Source of the DNA: an uncultured Verrucomicrobiae bacterium
GTDB taxonomy: Bacteria; Verrucomicrobiota; Verrucomicrobiia; Chthoniobacterales; JAFAMB01
Direction of reading: 5' to 3'
DNA length: 64,000 nt
NCBI GenBank assembly: GCA_963837955.1
Contig: CAWIPH010000002.1
Coordinates: 4,256,001 to 4,320,000 of the forward strand
Below the pieces are notes generated by a model. It saw only the letters and a program-made list of their open reading frames with translations. It had not been told where the DNA came from and searched no databases. Below, in pieces: positions 9,824 to 19,274 of the stretch. Positions within the stretch are counted from its first letter, which is position 1, and each line of letters opens with the position of its first letter. Position numbers and translations under genes: made by a program.

Positions 9824-9892
9824 TTTACTTTCTCTGGGGTAGGGTGTTACAAGATCTTTTAACCAAATTGGTCGATAAGAGAAGCAATAAAA

Positions 9893-10330
9893 ATGGCTGC
9901 CACAAAGGAATCTCGCCAAATCTTAGCTGAAACTCAAAAATGGTCGTTCTCGACCAATGGGCAACCTCTTAGTTTGGACGATTTTCTGGAAAATTACAGA
10001 AAACAAGGAGTGTTTTATGAAGGGAAGGAGCAGTGGCTCAAGGGCGTGACCAAGGTCACCTGGGAGAACTTCTTTTTGGTTTGTACGGAAGAATTGGATG
10101 ACATTTCTCAGCGGGCAGCAAAAATGCTGGTTTCATATTGCTTGGAGATTGTGGAAGACGTGGTCTCGCGGATGCGCGGACCGGTAGATTCGACCCGGAT
10201 ATCAGAAGCGATGAAGCGGGAATTTGCAGAACAGTACGAGAACCCGATTTATCATTTCCAATGGGCGATGCGTCACGATGCCGTTCGAGAAGCCGTGACC
10301 AACGCGGTCCTAAACCGCTGGGGCAAGTAA
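9893..10330 (+). CDS. Hypothetical protein, paralogue of 8466..9017
   Basis: 145 aa ORF with TWENF, VSYCL and AMRHDAVREAVTNAVLNRWG. Confidence 0.8.
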   Translation: MAATKESRQILAETQKWSFSTNGQPLSLDDFLENYRKQGVFYEGKEQWLKGVTKVTWENFFLVCTEELDDISQRAAKMLVSYCLEIVEDVVSRMRGPVDSTRISEAMKREFAEQYENPIYHFQWAMRHDAVREAVTNAVLNRWGK

Positions 10331-10681
10331 CGGCGACACCAGTTGACAGCAATAAATCGTCCTCGTTCGCGAAAGACCTAAGGGGTTCGTCGCCATCACC
10401 CATGGTGGTGGGCGAAGGCCTGGTCGGGTCAACATCAGTCCCCTTCCGAGGCGCCAGAGGCGACCTTTGTCTCCGGCACGCAGTGACACAGTTGGCCGCG
10501 ACGTAGGCTTCCGCCTTCGCCAGGCCTAAGCCAAGTGTGCCTAGTACGGTTTTAGCCTACCTATCTCGGGTTTGCATTCGCACGCCCCCAGATAATCGGG
10601 CTACGCCCCCCCGCCGGCTCATTTTTTCAACTGATAGAAACATAATTCTTACTTGTTATTATATGTAGATCCCGCTAACTT

Positions 10682-12547
10682 TTGTTTATGTGGGAAGGCG
10701 TGGAAACTGTTAGCAGTCGGTTCGAGTATTCTGAACCCACTAAGAGCAGAGAATTTACCGATCCGCTTTCTTTCCGCCAGTCCGACGGAAACATATTGCG
10801 ACTCCCCAATTACTCGCCCGGCGCCCCGTTTGTCCAGATCGCTGAGCAGTCAGGCTTTCGCATTCGCGTCAAACCCCTGTTTCCCCGGGTCCAAGAAGGG
10901 GGCGCAGAAGCGCTTCCGACTCCCCGTTTCCTTGTGCAGGTCAGCTCCGGCGGCACTCCCTGTTATGTGCGTCGCTATGTTTCGAGCGAAGTTTCTCTCT
11001 TCGAGGCCGTTGTTAGAGCGCGACGGTGGATTCACGCGGAACGCCAGAGAGAGCGGTTTGACTTCGCGCTGTCACCCCTCGTCTTGTTGTTGGCTGGACT
11101 CTTATTGCTTACTAGCTGGTTTCTTTACCCGATTCTTGATTGGGTCAGCCTCCTGCCGATCTTCGTCAGCCTGCCGTCTGCTTTTTATTTCGCTCCTGGA
11201 GGTCGTCGAACCCACATCTCAGCGTCGTTAGCCGGCTTTCATTGGGACCGAAACGATTTCTGTCGTGGTTGGCTCATCACCGGCGACACGGGCGCTGGAA
11301 AAACTTTTGCGATCAATGCCTTGCTCCACAGCGTTTTCCGGAATGAGTCGGACTGGGGAGGTCTCTGCTGCGATGAAAAAGGGATTTACCACGAAACGTT
11401 GGTGAGAATGGCCAAGCGTTACGGACGCGAACAGGATTTGTTGCTCCTGCAAACAAAGCCGGATCATGCGCCCCAAGACTGGGCTCCGCCTACACGATTC
11501 AATCTTCTTTCCGACGAAACGATTCCTTGGTCAACCTATGCGACTGTGATTGTTGATACCGCCTCATCTCTAGCTTCGGGAACCGAAGATAAGGGTTTCT
11601 TCAAAACGCAGGCGCACGCAAATATCGGACGAGGAATACAGTTTTTTCGGTTGCTGGGATTGGTACCGACCATGCATCACCTTCTCGAAATGCTCCAGTA
11701 TCAACCGGTCCTCAGGGCAATGTTACAGGAACTGGAACCCCTAAAAAACGAAGGCAATCCGGACGCCCGCGAATGTTATGACCATTTCTTGAACGGGTTT
11801 TTACGCCAACCCGCGGAACAGCTCGGTGGAGTCATCTCGACGATCTACAATTATCTCAATTACTTCACCAATCCTGATATCAGCGAAGTGTTCGGGGCTG
11901 AGGAGAATAGCTTTGATTTTGCCGCTCTGGATGAAGGCGCCATCATCTGCATCTCGTTACCGCAAAAATACCAAACGGAACGTCGATATATCACCACGAT
12001 TCTTAAACTGCTCTTTTATACTCACGCTCTGCGCCGTTTCGATCCAAGGCCGCCTGGAAGCCGAACACTGAATGACGATAACCTGCTGATATGTTGGCAG
12101 GACGAAGCCCAACGATTTATCACTGAATCGGACGGGAATGTTGACGTCATCCGGCAAGCTCGAACAACGACGGTTCTCGCCGCCCAATCCAAACTCTCTT
12201 TCTTACCGACGCTTGGTTCTAAAGAAAAAGCAGAAGTCACCATTCTTAACCTGCGTAACCGCATTATCTTCAAGGCAGCCGACCGGGCGTGCGCCGAGAG
12301 CTCGGCCGACTTCATCGGAAAACGTATGATCTGGAAGCGGTCCTACACCAGAGGGCGTGGAAATTACAGTACTACCCGTACACGAGAAGAAGAGTATCGG
12401 ATTAAACCCTTCGAATTGATGTCACTTCCCAAATTTACGGCAATCATCAAACATTGCGAAAAGGGGTATCGTCGAAAGCGGATTCATCCAGTCGACGCAG
12501 ACGGAAAAACGCCTGCCTGGTACCCATTCTGGCGTCGTTGGCTCTAG
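10682..12547 (+). CDS. VirD4/TraD-like type IV coupling protein
   Basis: Two N-terminal hydrophobic segments, Walker A GDTGAGKT, CDEKG, FF...A, Walker B WQDEAQRF, AAQS, N...IF; start uncertain. Confidence 0.85.
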   Translation: MFMWEGVETVSSRFEYSEPTKSREFTDPLSFRQSDGNILRLPNYSPGAPFVQIAEQSGFRIRVKPLFPRVQEGGAEALPTPRFLVQVSSGGTPCYVRRYVSSEVSLFEAVVRARRWIHAERQRERFDFALSPLVLLLAGLLLLTSWFLYPILDWVSLLPIFVSLPSAFYFAPGGRRTHISASLAGFHWDRNDFCRGWLITGDTGAGKTFAINALLHSVFRNESDWGGLCCDEKGIYHETLVRMAKRYGREQDLLLLQTKPDHAPQDWAPPTRFNLLSDETIPWSTYATVIVDTASSLASGTEDKGFFKTQAHANIGRGIQFFRLLGLVPTMHHLLEMLQYQPVLRAMLQELEPLKNEGNPDARECYDHFLNGFLRQPAEQLGGVISTIYNYLNYFTNPDISEVFGAEENSFDFAALDEGAIICISLPQKYQTERRYITTILKLLFYTHALRRFDPRPPGSRTLNDDNLLICWQDEAQRFITESDGNVDVIRQARTTTVLAAQSKLSFLPTLGSKEKAEVTILNLRNRIIFKAADRACAESSADFIGKRMIWKRSYTRGRGNYSTTRTREEEYRIKPFELMSLPKFTAIIKHCEKGYRRKRIHPVDADGKTPAWYPFWRRWL

Positions 12548-12629
12548 CACAGGCCAGCTACAGGTTGTTCGCAAATGAATGAGAGAGAGAGATCATGGCT
12601 GGCCAATCTCCGTTAGAAACAGATGAGCC

Positions 12630-12650
12630 GAAGTCGTTAACTTCGACTTC
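12630..12650. terminator. Hairpin between convergent genes
   Basis: gaagtcg-ttaactt-cgacttc, perfect 7 bp stem. Confidence 0.45.
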
Positions 12651-12661
12651 TTAATCCACGC

Positions 12662-13228
12662 TCACTTGGAGCTTGGAAGCGGTGACGTGGCTGCTCGCTT
12701 CTTGCTCGCATCCTGGAGAAGCTCGTCTACTCGGGAAATCGCTCCGCTGTGCGGAAATCTGGCTTTGAACTGTTCCAGCATCGTGATGGCACGATCTGGC
12801 TGGTTCAACGACTGCAAATACAACGCCGCAAGATTGAACAAACTGTTTTCGTGTTCGGGATTCTCGCGTTGCGCAACCTCGTACTCCGCGGCTGCCGCTT
12901 CCGGCTGATTGTCGAAACGGAGCGCGCTGCCAAGATCGGACCGGACGTCGGCGTTGTCTGCGCCAAGGCTTATCGCTTTCCGATACTGTTCGGTTGCTTT
13001 CGTCCAGTTATGGTGGTCGAAATACCAGTTTGCCAGCGTCAGCGCTCCTTCGCGCGGTGCAACCCTTGACACATCCGGAAGAACGTCATTTTCCGTTTGC
13101 CGGGAGACGGCCGAGCCTCTGGGTAAGTGGGCCAGGATTGCCCAGGCCAATATTGCTCCTACAATGAAGGCAATTGCTCCGAAGAGAACGATCCTTAGCG
13201 GCTTAGACTTGTTATCTTTCAGCTTCAC
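12662..13228 (-). CDS. Membrane-anchored TPR protein
   Basis: N-terminal TM (IVLFGAIAFIVGAILAWAIL) then TPR-like repeats; GTG start at 13228 inferred. Confidence 0.8.
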   Translation of the reverse strand: MKLKDNKSKPLRIVLFGAIAFIVGAILAWAILAHLPRGSAVSRQTENDVLPDVSRVAPREGALTLANWYFDHHNWTKATEQYRKAISLGADNADVRSDLGSALRFDNQPEAAAAEYEVAQRENPEHENSLFNLAALYLQSLNQPDRAITMLEQFKARFPHSGAISRVDELLQDASKKRAATSPLPSSK

Positions 13229-13278
13229 GGCAGAGCAGACATTGGATCGCCGAACGATCCAATTTGCAACTTCCAGGG

Positions 13279-14190
13279 TCAGGAGAAGAACAGCTCTCCC
13301 TGCCTGCGCGTTGCCTTTGCCGCTTCCTCCTGAATTTCGTTCAGCAGCGACTTGAATTCGCACTTCTCAAGTCCTCTCAGATACTCCTCATAGATCGGGT
13401 GAATCCTGAGATCCGCAATTGGCACCGGCAAAGGATGGTCAAGATCAAGCTTGACCATCTCGCGATTCTGCAAAATTTGAGTCCGGCCTTTTTCCAGTCG
13501 CACCCGTAACTTGTCGTTTGTTACGTCCTTTAGATTGGTCAGCATATTTTCAACTGTACCAAATTGTTGAATAAGGCTCGACGCTGTCTTTAATCCGATG
13601 CCATCGATACCCGGAATGTTGTCGACTGAGTCTCCGGTCAGAGCAAGTACTTCACCGATACCGGCTGGTGGTACCCCCCATTTTTCCGTAACTTCTCGAA
13701 CGCCGAGAAGTGCGTACGAGTCTTTCGGCTGTTTCAGATCCGCCTTGTTGGTTGAGTAAACTTTGACCTTGCCGCTGACCAGTTGGAAGAGATCTTTATC
13801 GTTGGTCGCCAGAACCGTGTCGTGCTGATCCCCCGCCGCCAGGACGTAACATCCCATCAGATCGTCTGCTTCCGTATTGGGCAGAGCGATTGATGTGAAG
13901 CCCATGGGTCGCACAAACTCCCGGATGAAATCCAGCTGCGGAATCATCTTGTCCGGCATCGCTTCACGCTGCTGCTTGTACGCGGGTTGCAACTCAACTC
14001 TCTTTTCCGGCATTCCTTCGTCCCAAAAAATCGCGGCTCGATCCGGCCGCAGATCTTTGACCATTTTCCGGACTGTTTTCACGAATCCGTAGATCGCATT
14101 CGTCGGTTCACCCCGAGAGTTGTTCAAGGTCTGGATCGCATGAAACGAGCGATAGACATAGTAGTGTCCGTCGATTAGCAAAAGGGTCAC
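13279..14190 (-). CDS. Stand-alone 5'-3' exonuclease/flap endonuclease (Pol I N-terminal-like)
   Basis: LLIDG...YRSFHA, EADD, DKDL.QL, GDSVDNIPGI; no polymerase domain. Confidence 0.92.
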   Translation of the reverse strand: MTLLLIDGHYYVYRSFHAIQTLNNSRGEPTNAIYGFVKTVRKMVKDLRPDRAAIFWDEGMPEKRVELQPAYKQQREAMPDKMIPQLDFIREFVRPMGFTSIALPNTEADDLMGCYVLAAGDQHDTVLATNDKDLFQLVSGKVKVYSTNKADLKQPKDSYALLGVREVTEKWGVPPAGIGEVLALTGDSVDNIPGIDGIGLKTASSLIQQFGTVENMLTNLKDVTNDKLRVRLEKGRTQILQNREMVKLDLDHPLPVPIADLRIHPIYEEYLRGLEKCEFKSLLNEIQEEAAKATRRQGELFFS

Positions 14191-14347
14191 ACCACTTCTT
14201 TAGACCAAAACCTTCGACTTCGCAGAGCGAAATTTTCGCGCTCTGGGAGCTGGCCCGAGAAGTATAAACAGCGCGCTGAAGGCCCGGCTCATCGATTTTG
14301 ATCAAGCGAAGTCCAACAGCCCTGTTAACTGACGCCTTCGGCGCAGG

Positions 14348-15349
14348 TCAGACCAGCTTCAAATTCGGATCCGCGTCTTCAACCCAAGCAGTGAATGATC
14401 GGGATCGAAAGCGTTCCCCGGCTACAAAGGCGATCATCGCGGCATTGTCGGTTGTTAATGCCGGAGCAGCCAAACGTAGATTAATCCCACCGGCTGTCGC
14501 CGCCCGCTCCATCTCCTGACGAAGCCGCATGTTACAGCTCACGCCGCCGCTGACCGTCACGGTATGGGCAGCAACGGACTTGGCTGCTGCCATCGTTTTC
14601 CGGACGAGTACTTGGACAACCGCCTCCTGAAACGAAGCGCACAAATCGGCCTGATAATCGCCGGATAGCTGGGGTAACAAATAACGGACCGCCGTTTTTA
14701 GGCCGCTGAAGCTAAAGTTGAAGTCGCCGCTTCCTAGCATGCTCCGCGGAAGATCAAAGCGAGCAGGGTCGCCGGCTTCAGCGCACCGTTCGACGCTTGG
14801 GCCACCCGGATAGGGCAAACCCAATAACTTGGCCACTTTATCAAAGGCCTCGCCCGCGGCGTCGTCGAGCGTTGACCCCAATATTCTATATTGCCCGACC
14901 GCCTCCATGGTAACGAGTTGAGTGTGCCCGCCGCTGACGATCAATCCAACGGATGGCTGTGGCCCGCGTGGATCGTTGAAAAAGGGTGAAAGCAGGTGAG
15001 CCTCGAGGTGATTGATTCCAATGAATGGTTTCCGCAATCCGATCGCAACCCCCTTTGCCGCCGAATAACCAACCAGCAGAGAAGTCAGTAACCCCGGCCC
15101 ACGAGTGGCTGCAACACAATCCACGTCTGCTGGTCGAACTTGGGCTTCGTCGAAAGCGAACTCGAGCAGCTGCGGCAGTTTGACGAGGTGATTACGCGAC
15201 GCGACTTCCGGGACTACTCCGCCATAGCGCTGGTGGATCGCACTTTGGCTCGCTACCTGTGAAACCAGGAGTTGATCGGGACCCCGCAGCAGCGCTACCG
15301 CCGTTTCATCGCATGAGGTTTCGATCGCCAGGACGAGCGGGCCACGCAC
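14348..15349 (-). CDS. tsaD: tRNA N6-adenosine threonylcarbamoyltransferase
   Basis: IETSCDET, HLEAH, SGGHT, GEAFDK, DNAAMI. Confidence 0.96.
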   Translation of the reverse strand: MRGPLVLAIETSCDETAVALLRGPDQLLVSQVASQSAIHQRYGGVVPEVASRNHLVKLPQLLEFAFDEAQVRPADVDCVAATRGPGLLTSLLVGYSAAKGVAIGLRKPFIGINHLEAHLLSPFFNDPRGPQPSVGLIVSGGHTQLVTMEAVGQYRILGSTLDDAAGEAFDKVAKLLGLPYPGGPSVERCAEAGDPARFDLPRSMLGSGDFNFSFSGLKTAVRYLLPQLSGDYQADLCASFQEAVVQVLVRKTMAAAKSVAAHTVTVSGGVSCNMRLRQEMERAATAGGINLRLAAPALTTDNAAMIAFVAGERFRSRSFTAWVEDADPNLKLV

Positions 15350-16644
15350 TAGTGTCCTTGCTCTGTGTTGCCGGCGTTCTGAGTATAAATCATTACACTC
15401 TTTAGCGCGTCGACTGCACGTTCCAGCTGCGCATCTCGCTGCTCACTCACAAGCTTCTGTTCCTCGGCGGTCAAGGGACCGTCGCGACGTCGCAAAAGAA
15501 GTGCCTTCTCTTGATCCGGCGTAAGCGAAGCTTTAATATTCGGGATAACGCCATTTTGATGGATAACTTGGCGGCTCGGCGTGTAGTACTTTGCCGTAGT
15601 CAGCCGCAAACCGGATCCGTCGGGAAGTTGAATTACGGTCTGAACGGATCCCTTGCCGAAGGTGGTGTCACCGACGACGATGGCTCGATTCAGATCTTTC
15701 AGTGCTCCAGCAACAATTTCGGCGCCACTAGCGCTTCCGGAGTTAACCAGCAGGACGATCGGAAAATTCGATACGGGCTTGGAGTTGCGATCGGTAAAAT
15801 ACTCGCGATGTTGAGAGCCTTCCCGGCCCTCGGTATAGACAACCATCGTCTTCGGAGGCAGAAAATTTGCACAAACGTCGACCGCACTATTGAGCAAGCC
15901 ACCTGGATTATTTCGGAGATCCACAACCAGAGCCTGCATGCCTTTCGCCTGGAGCTCATCCAGTCTTTGCCGCAACTCCTGGGCGGTCGGCTCGTTGAAT
16001 TGAGTGATGCGGAGATACCCTATCTTAAATTTTCCGCTGACCGCTGGATCGAGAATTTTCGAATCCTTTACGCTCGCCACCTTGATGACCTCGCGCTGCA
16101 GATTGAATTCCTTCGTTTCTTTTGATGACGGGCGATAAATCGTCAAAGTCACACGTTGTCCTGGTTCGCCCCTGAGCTGGTTGAGCGCGTCCTGCAAGCT
16201 CATCCGATCGGTCACTTTCCCGTTGATCCGCAAAATTTCATCTCCCGGCATGATTCCCGCCCGAAAACCGGGCGTGTCTTCCATCGGAGTGACCACGGTA
16301 ATAACACCATCTTTAGTGGAAACGATTATCCCCAGACCACCAAACTCGCTGCGGGTGTCATCCTGCATGTCCCGGAAGTCCGTCGGCTCCATGAATTGAC
16401 TGTGCGGATCCAAGCTATTAAGCATTCCGCGGAGGGCCGAGTAAGTAAGGTCTTTGAGGGCGACCTTATTCTCGTCCACGTAATCTTGGCGCACCAACTG
16501 AAGAGCGCGGGTAAAGACAGTTAAATTGTTGTACTCCGATTCGCTCGATTCAGCCGACGCATTACTCGTCAGGATCTTGTAACCTACTGCTAAATTGAAA
16601 CAAACCAGTAGCGTTAAAGCCACTAAACTAAACCTGCGCATCAT
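15349..16644 (-). CDS. ctpA: S41 C-terminal processing protease with PDZ domain
   Basis: LDPHS, GLG, DLRNNPGG, SASGAEI, TFGKGSVQ. Confidence 0.93.
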   Translation of the reverse strand: MMRRFSLVALTLLVCFNLAVGYKILTSNASAESSESEYNNLTVFTRALQLVRQDYVDENKVALKDLTYSALRGMLNSLDPHSQFMEPTDFRDMQDDTRSEFGGLGIIVSTKDGVITVVTPMEDTPGFRAGIMPGDEILRINGKVTDRMSLQDALNQLRGEPGQRVTLTIYRPSSKETKEFNLQREVIKVASVKDSKILDPAVSGKFKIGYLRITQFNEPTAQELRQRLDELQAKGMQALVVDLRNNPGGLLNSAVDVCANFLPPKTMVVYTEGREGSQHREYFTDRNSKPVSNFPIVLLVNSGSASGAEIVAGALKDLNRAIVVGDTTFGKGSVQTVIQLPDGSGLRLTTAKYYTPSRQVIHQNGVIPNIKASLTPDQEKALLLRRRDGPLTAEEQKLVSEQRDAQLERAVDALKSVMIYTQNAGNTEQGH

Positions 16645-16723
16645 TTCGGTACCATCCTAGCACACGTCCCGGGCGACGCGAGCGGGTTCCCGACGCACCG
16701 CCGTTTACGTAAAACGAGAGCAC

Positions 16724-17146
16724 TCACTTTTTGCGATGCCGAACGAGCCGGGTTCCATTTTCGCTTACGAGCACTAATTCGTCGTTGGTCAGACTTTCAA
16801 TTTTTTCTTCGACCTTGTAGGTCTCGACCCCACCGGAATCACTTCGAAACACCTCGCCGGAAGCAAGCAGTTTTCCGTCGCGTACATCCCACATGCCAGA
16901 AAAACTCCATTTTGTCGTGCCGCCATCGGCGTGCATCACCTCGTCAGCCGAGTGCATTCCATCCCGGTGAAAGCTGTTCTCGCCATAGAAACGATAGTTG
17001 CCGCCGGTCTCATCGGTTATCCAGGTTCCAACCAACCGGTGAGTCAGCTCTTCGTCGCTCACAGTAGGGACCTTCTGGCAGGCGCAAAACAGAGCGAACC
17101 CGCCCACTATCGAGATCCATAGTCGGGTATGCTTCAACCGGGCCAT
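16724..17146 (-). CDS. Putative lipoprotein, lipocalin-like beta barrel
   Basis: Signal peptide ending FCAC, LVGTW motif, IESLTNDELVL. Confidence 0.7.
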   Translation of the reverse strand: MARLKHTRLWISIVGGFALFCACQKVPTVSDEELTHRLVGTWITDETGGNYRFYGENSFHRDGMHSADEVMHADGGTTKWSFSGMWDVRDGKLLASGEVFRSDSGGVETYKVEEKIESLTNDELVLVSENGTRLVRHRKK

Positions 17147-17284
17147 GAAACTCCGACCAGTCGGTTCTTTACCCCTCGGACCGTCGAGAGACTTTTTCGC
17201 TCGGGAATGATCTATCGGGTGAGAGCGAACAAGGTGTCGAACAAAAAAACGACTGCCGACCATGTTGCGCTAGACGGCGGAATG

Positions 17285-18553
17285 TCACGCCGCATCCTTG
17301 TCCTGTTTGCGGCGAATCAACGGCGCACGCTTACCTTCAACCACGGCGCGGTTAATGACGACATCGGCAACGTCTTCGCGACTTGGGACGTCGTACATCA
17401 CATCGAGCATGATTTTTTCGAACATAGAACGAAGGGCCCGGGCGCCGGTCCCTTTGGTGGCAGCTTGTTGAGCCATCGCTCGCAACGCGTCCTTAGTGAC
17501 AACCAGATTGGCACCTTCCATGGCGAGCAGTTTTATATACTGTTTGACCATCGCATTCCGAGTGTCGGTCAAAATCAGCATGAGCTCGTCTTCGGTCAGA
17601 GCGTCCAAGGCAGAGACGACCGGCAGTCGCCCGATAAACTCGGGAATCATGCCAAACGAGAGTAGATCTTCTGGTTCCGTGTACCGTAACACTTCGTGAA
17701 TCTGCACGGTGGCTGCACTTGACATTGCCGCCTGAAATCCGAGCACTCGGTTCCCCAGCCGCCGGTTGATGATGCGGTCGAGCCCCACAAAGGCGCCGCC
17801 GCAAATGAAGAGAATCTTTTCGGTATTGACCTGGATGTATTCCTGGTGCGGATGTTTGCGGCCACCTTGGGGTGGGACGTTACAACTACTGCCCTCAAGG
17901 ATCTTGAGCAGCGCCTGCTGTACGCCTTCGCCAGAGACGTCGCGCGTGATGCTCACATTGTCCGTTTTGCGGCCGATCTTATCTATTTCGTCGATATAAA
18001 CGATCCCGATCTCCGCCCGCTTCACATCGTAGTCGGCGTTCTGAAGCAACCGTAGAATAATATTCTCCACATCCTCTCCGACATAACCCGCCTCGGTCAG
18101 CGTCGTGGCATCGGCAATGCAGAATGGCACATCGAGAATCCGAGCCAGCGTGCGGGCCAGTAACGTTTTACCGCAGCCGGTTGGTCCGATGAGGAGAATG
18201 TTGCTTTTTTCGATCTCGACGTCGGCGTAGGGGTCGAGCGCCAGATCCTTCCCGCCGCCGGTATTTAAAATACGCTTGTAGTGGTTATGCACCGCTACCG
18301 AAAGCACCTTCTTGGCACTGTCCTGACCGATGACGTATTGATCCAGCTGTCGTCGAATTTCCGCCGGCTTCGGTACCCGCAACGTTGTCGTCTGCCGCCG
18401 GGCGTCCTCATTCAATTCTTTATCGAGGATGCCTTTGCAGACGTTGATGCAATTGTCGCAGATATAAACCCCGGGACCGGCAATCAGCTTGCGAACTTCC
18501 GCGTGGCTTTTGCCACAGAAAGAACACATGGTGAGATTGGAGGCCCGAGCCAT
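17285..18553 (-). CDS. clpX: ATP-dependent Clp protease ATP-binding subunit
   Basis: CSFCGK zinc finger, [18 protein letters not shown] loop. Confidence 0.98.
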   Translation of the reverse strand: MARASNLTMCSFCGKSHAEVRKLIAGPGVYICDNCINVCKGILDKELNEDARRQTTTLRVPKPAEIRRQLDQYVIGQDSAKKVLSVAVHNHYKRILNTGGGKDLALDPYADVEIEKSNILLIGPTGCGKTLLARTLARILDVPFCIADATTLTEAGYVGEDVENIILRLLQNADYDVKRAEIGIVYIDEIDKIGRKTDNVSITRDVSGEGVQQALLKILEGSSCNVPPQGGRKHPHQEYIQVNTEKILFICGGAFVGLDRIINRRLGNRVLGFQAAMSSAATVQIHEVLRYTEPEDLLSFGMIPEFIGRLPVVSALDALTEDELMLILTDTRNAMVKQYIKLLAMEGANLVVTKDALRAMAQQAATKGTGARALRSMFEKIMLDVMYDVPSREDVADVVINRAVVEGKRAPLIRRKQDKDAA

Positions 18554-18582
18554 CTTAAGCCAGCAACAAAGTTTCGCGAACG

Positions 18583-19248
18583 CTAGGAAGATACCACACT
18601 TGCACTAGTCTGTGGAAGTAGATCTGCCCTAATATCTTTGCGGGACTTCACCACCTCGTCGACCAACCCGTACGCTTTGGCCTCATCGGCCGACATCCAA
18701 TAATCGCGATCCGAATCAATTTGTACTTGTTCGTCTGACTTCCCGGTATGGGCCGAGAGAATGTGGATCAGCCGCCGCTTAATCTTAAACATCCATTCAA
18801 CCGTTCGTTCCACATCGCTCGCAGTACCCTGGGCTCCGCCCGAAACTTGGTGAATCATGATGTCAGAATTCGGCAGCGCGTATCGTTTTCCCTGGGTACC
18901 CGCCGCTAGTAGAACAGCTCCCATGCTGGCCGCGATACCCATGCAATAAGTCGCAACATCACACGTCACGAACTGCATCGTGTCGTAGATGGCAAGACCG
19001 GCAGTCACGGAGCCACCCGGGGAATTGATGTAAAGATTGATATCGCGCTTGGGATCCTGCATCTGCAGAAACAGCAGCTGAGCCACAACGCTGTTCGCCA
19101 CGAAATCATCGATAGGAGTACCGATGAAAACGATGCGATCTTTGAGCAATCGACTATAGATATCGTACCCTCTTTCCTGATTCCCATCCCGTTCGATGAC
19201 CGTTGGAGGGTAGTAGTTGCTTTGTGGAGTAATAACGCTTCTGGACAT
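18583..19248 (-). CDS. clpP: Clp protease proteolytic subunit
   Basis: [27 protein letters not shown]. Confidence 0.97.
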   Translation of the reverse strand: MSRSVITPQSNYYPPTVIERDGNQERGYDIYSRLLKDRIVFIGTPIDDFVANSVVAQLLFLQMQDPKRDINLYINSPGGSVTAGLAIYDTMQFVTCDVATYCMGIAASMGAVLLAAGTQGKRYALPNSDIMIHQVSGGAQGTASDVERTVEWMFKIKRRLIHILSAHTGKSDEQVQIDSDRDYWMSADEAKAYGLVDEVVKSRKDIRADLLPQTSASVVSS

Positions 19249-19274
19249 TCGGTTGGGTCTTCTAAAGCAGCTTT

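Noticed and set aside
641..9919. ParA plus Rep_3 as one plasmid replicon
   Set aside because: They are separated by about 7.5 kb that includes core genes (bioA, comF, accD, folC); no ParB or parS seen
8058..12661. att sites or target duplication bounding the plasmid-like block
   Set aside because: No direct repeat found by eye at the two boundaries, and no integrase or tRNA, so it is not annotated as a mobile element
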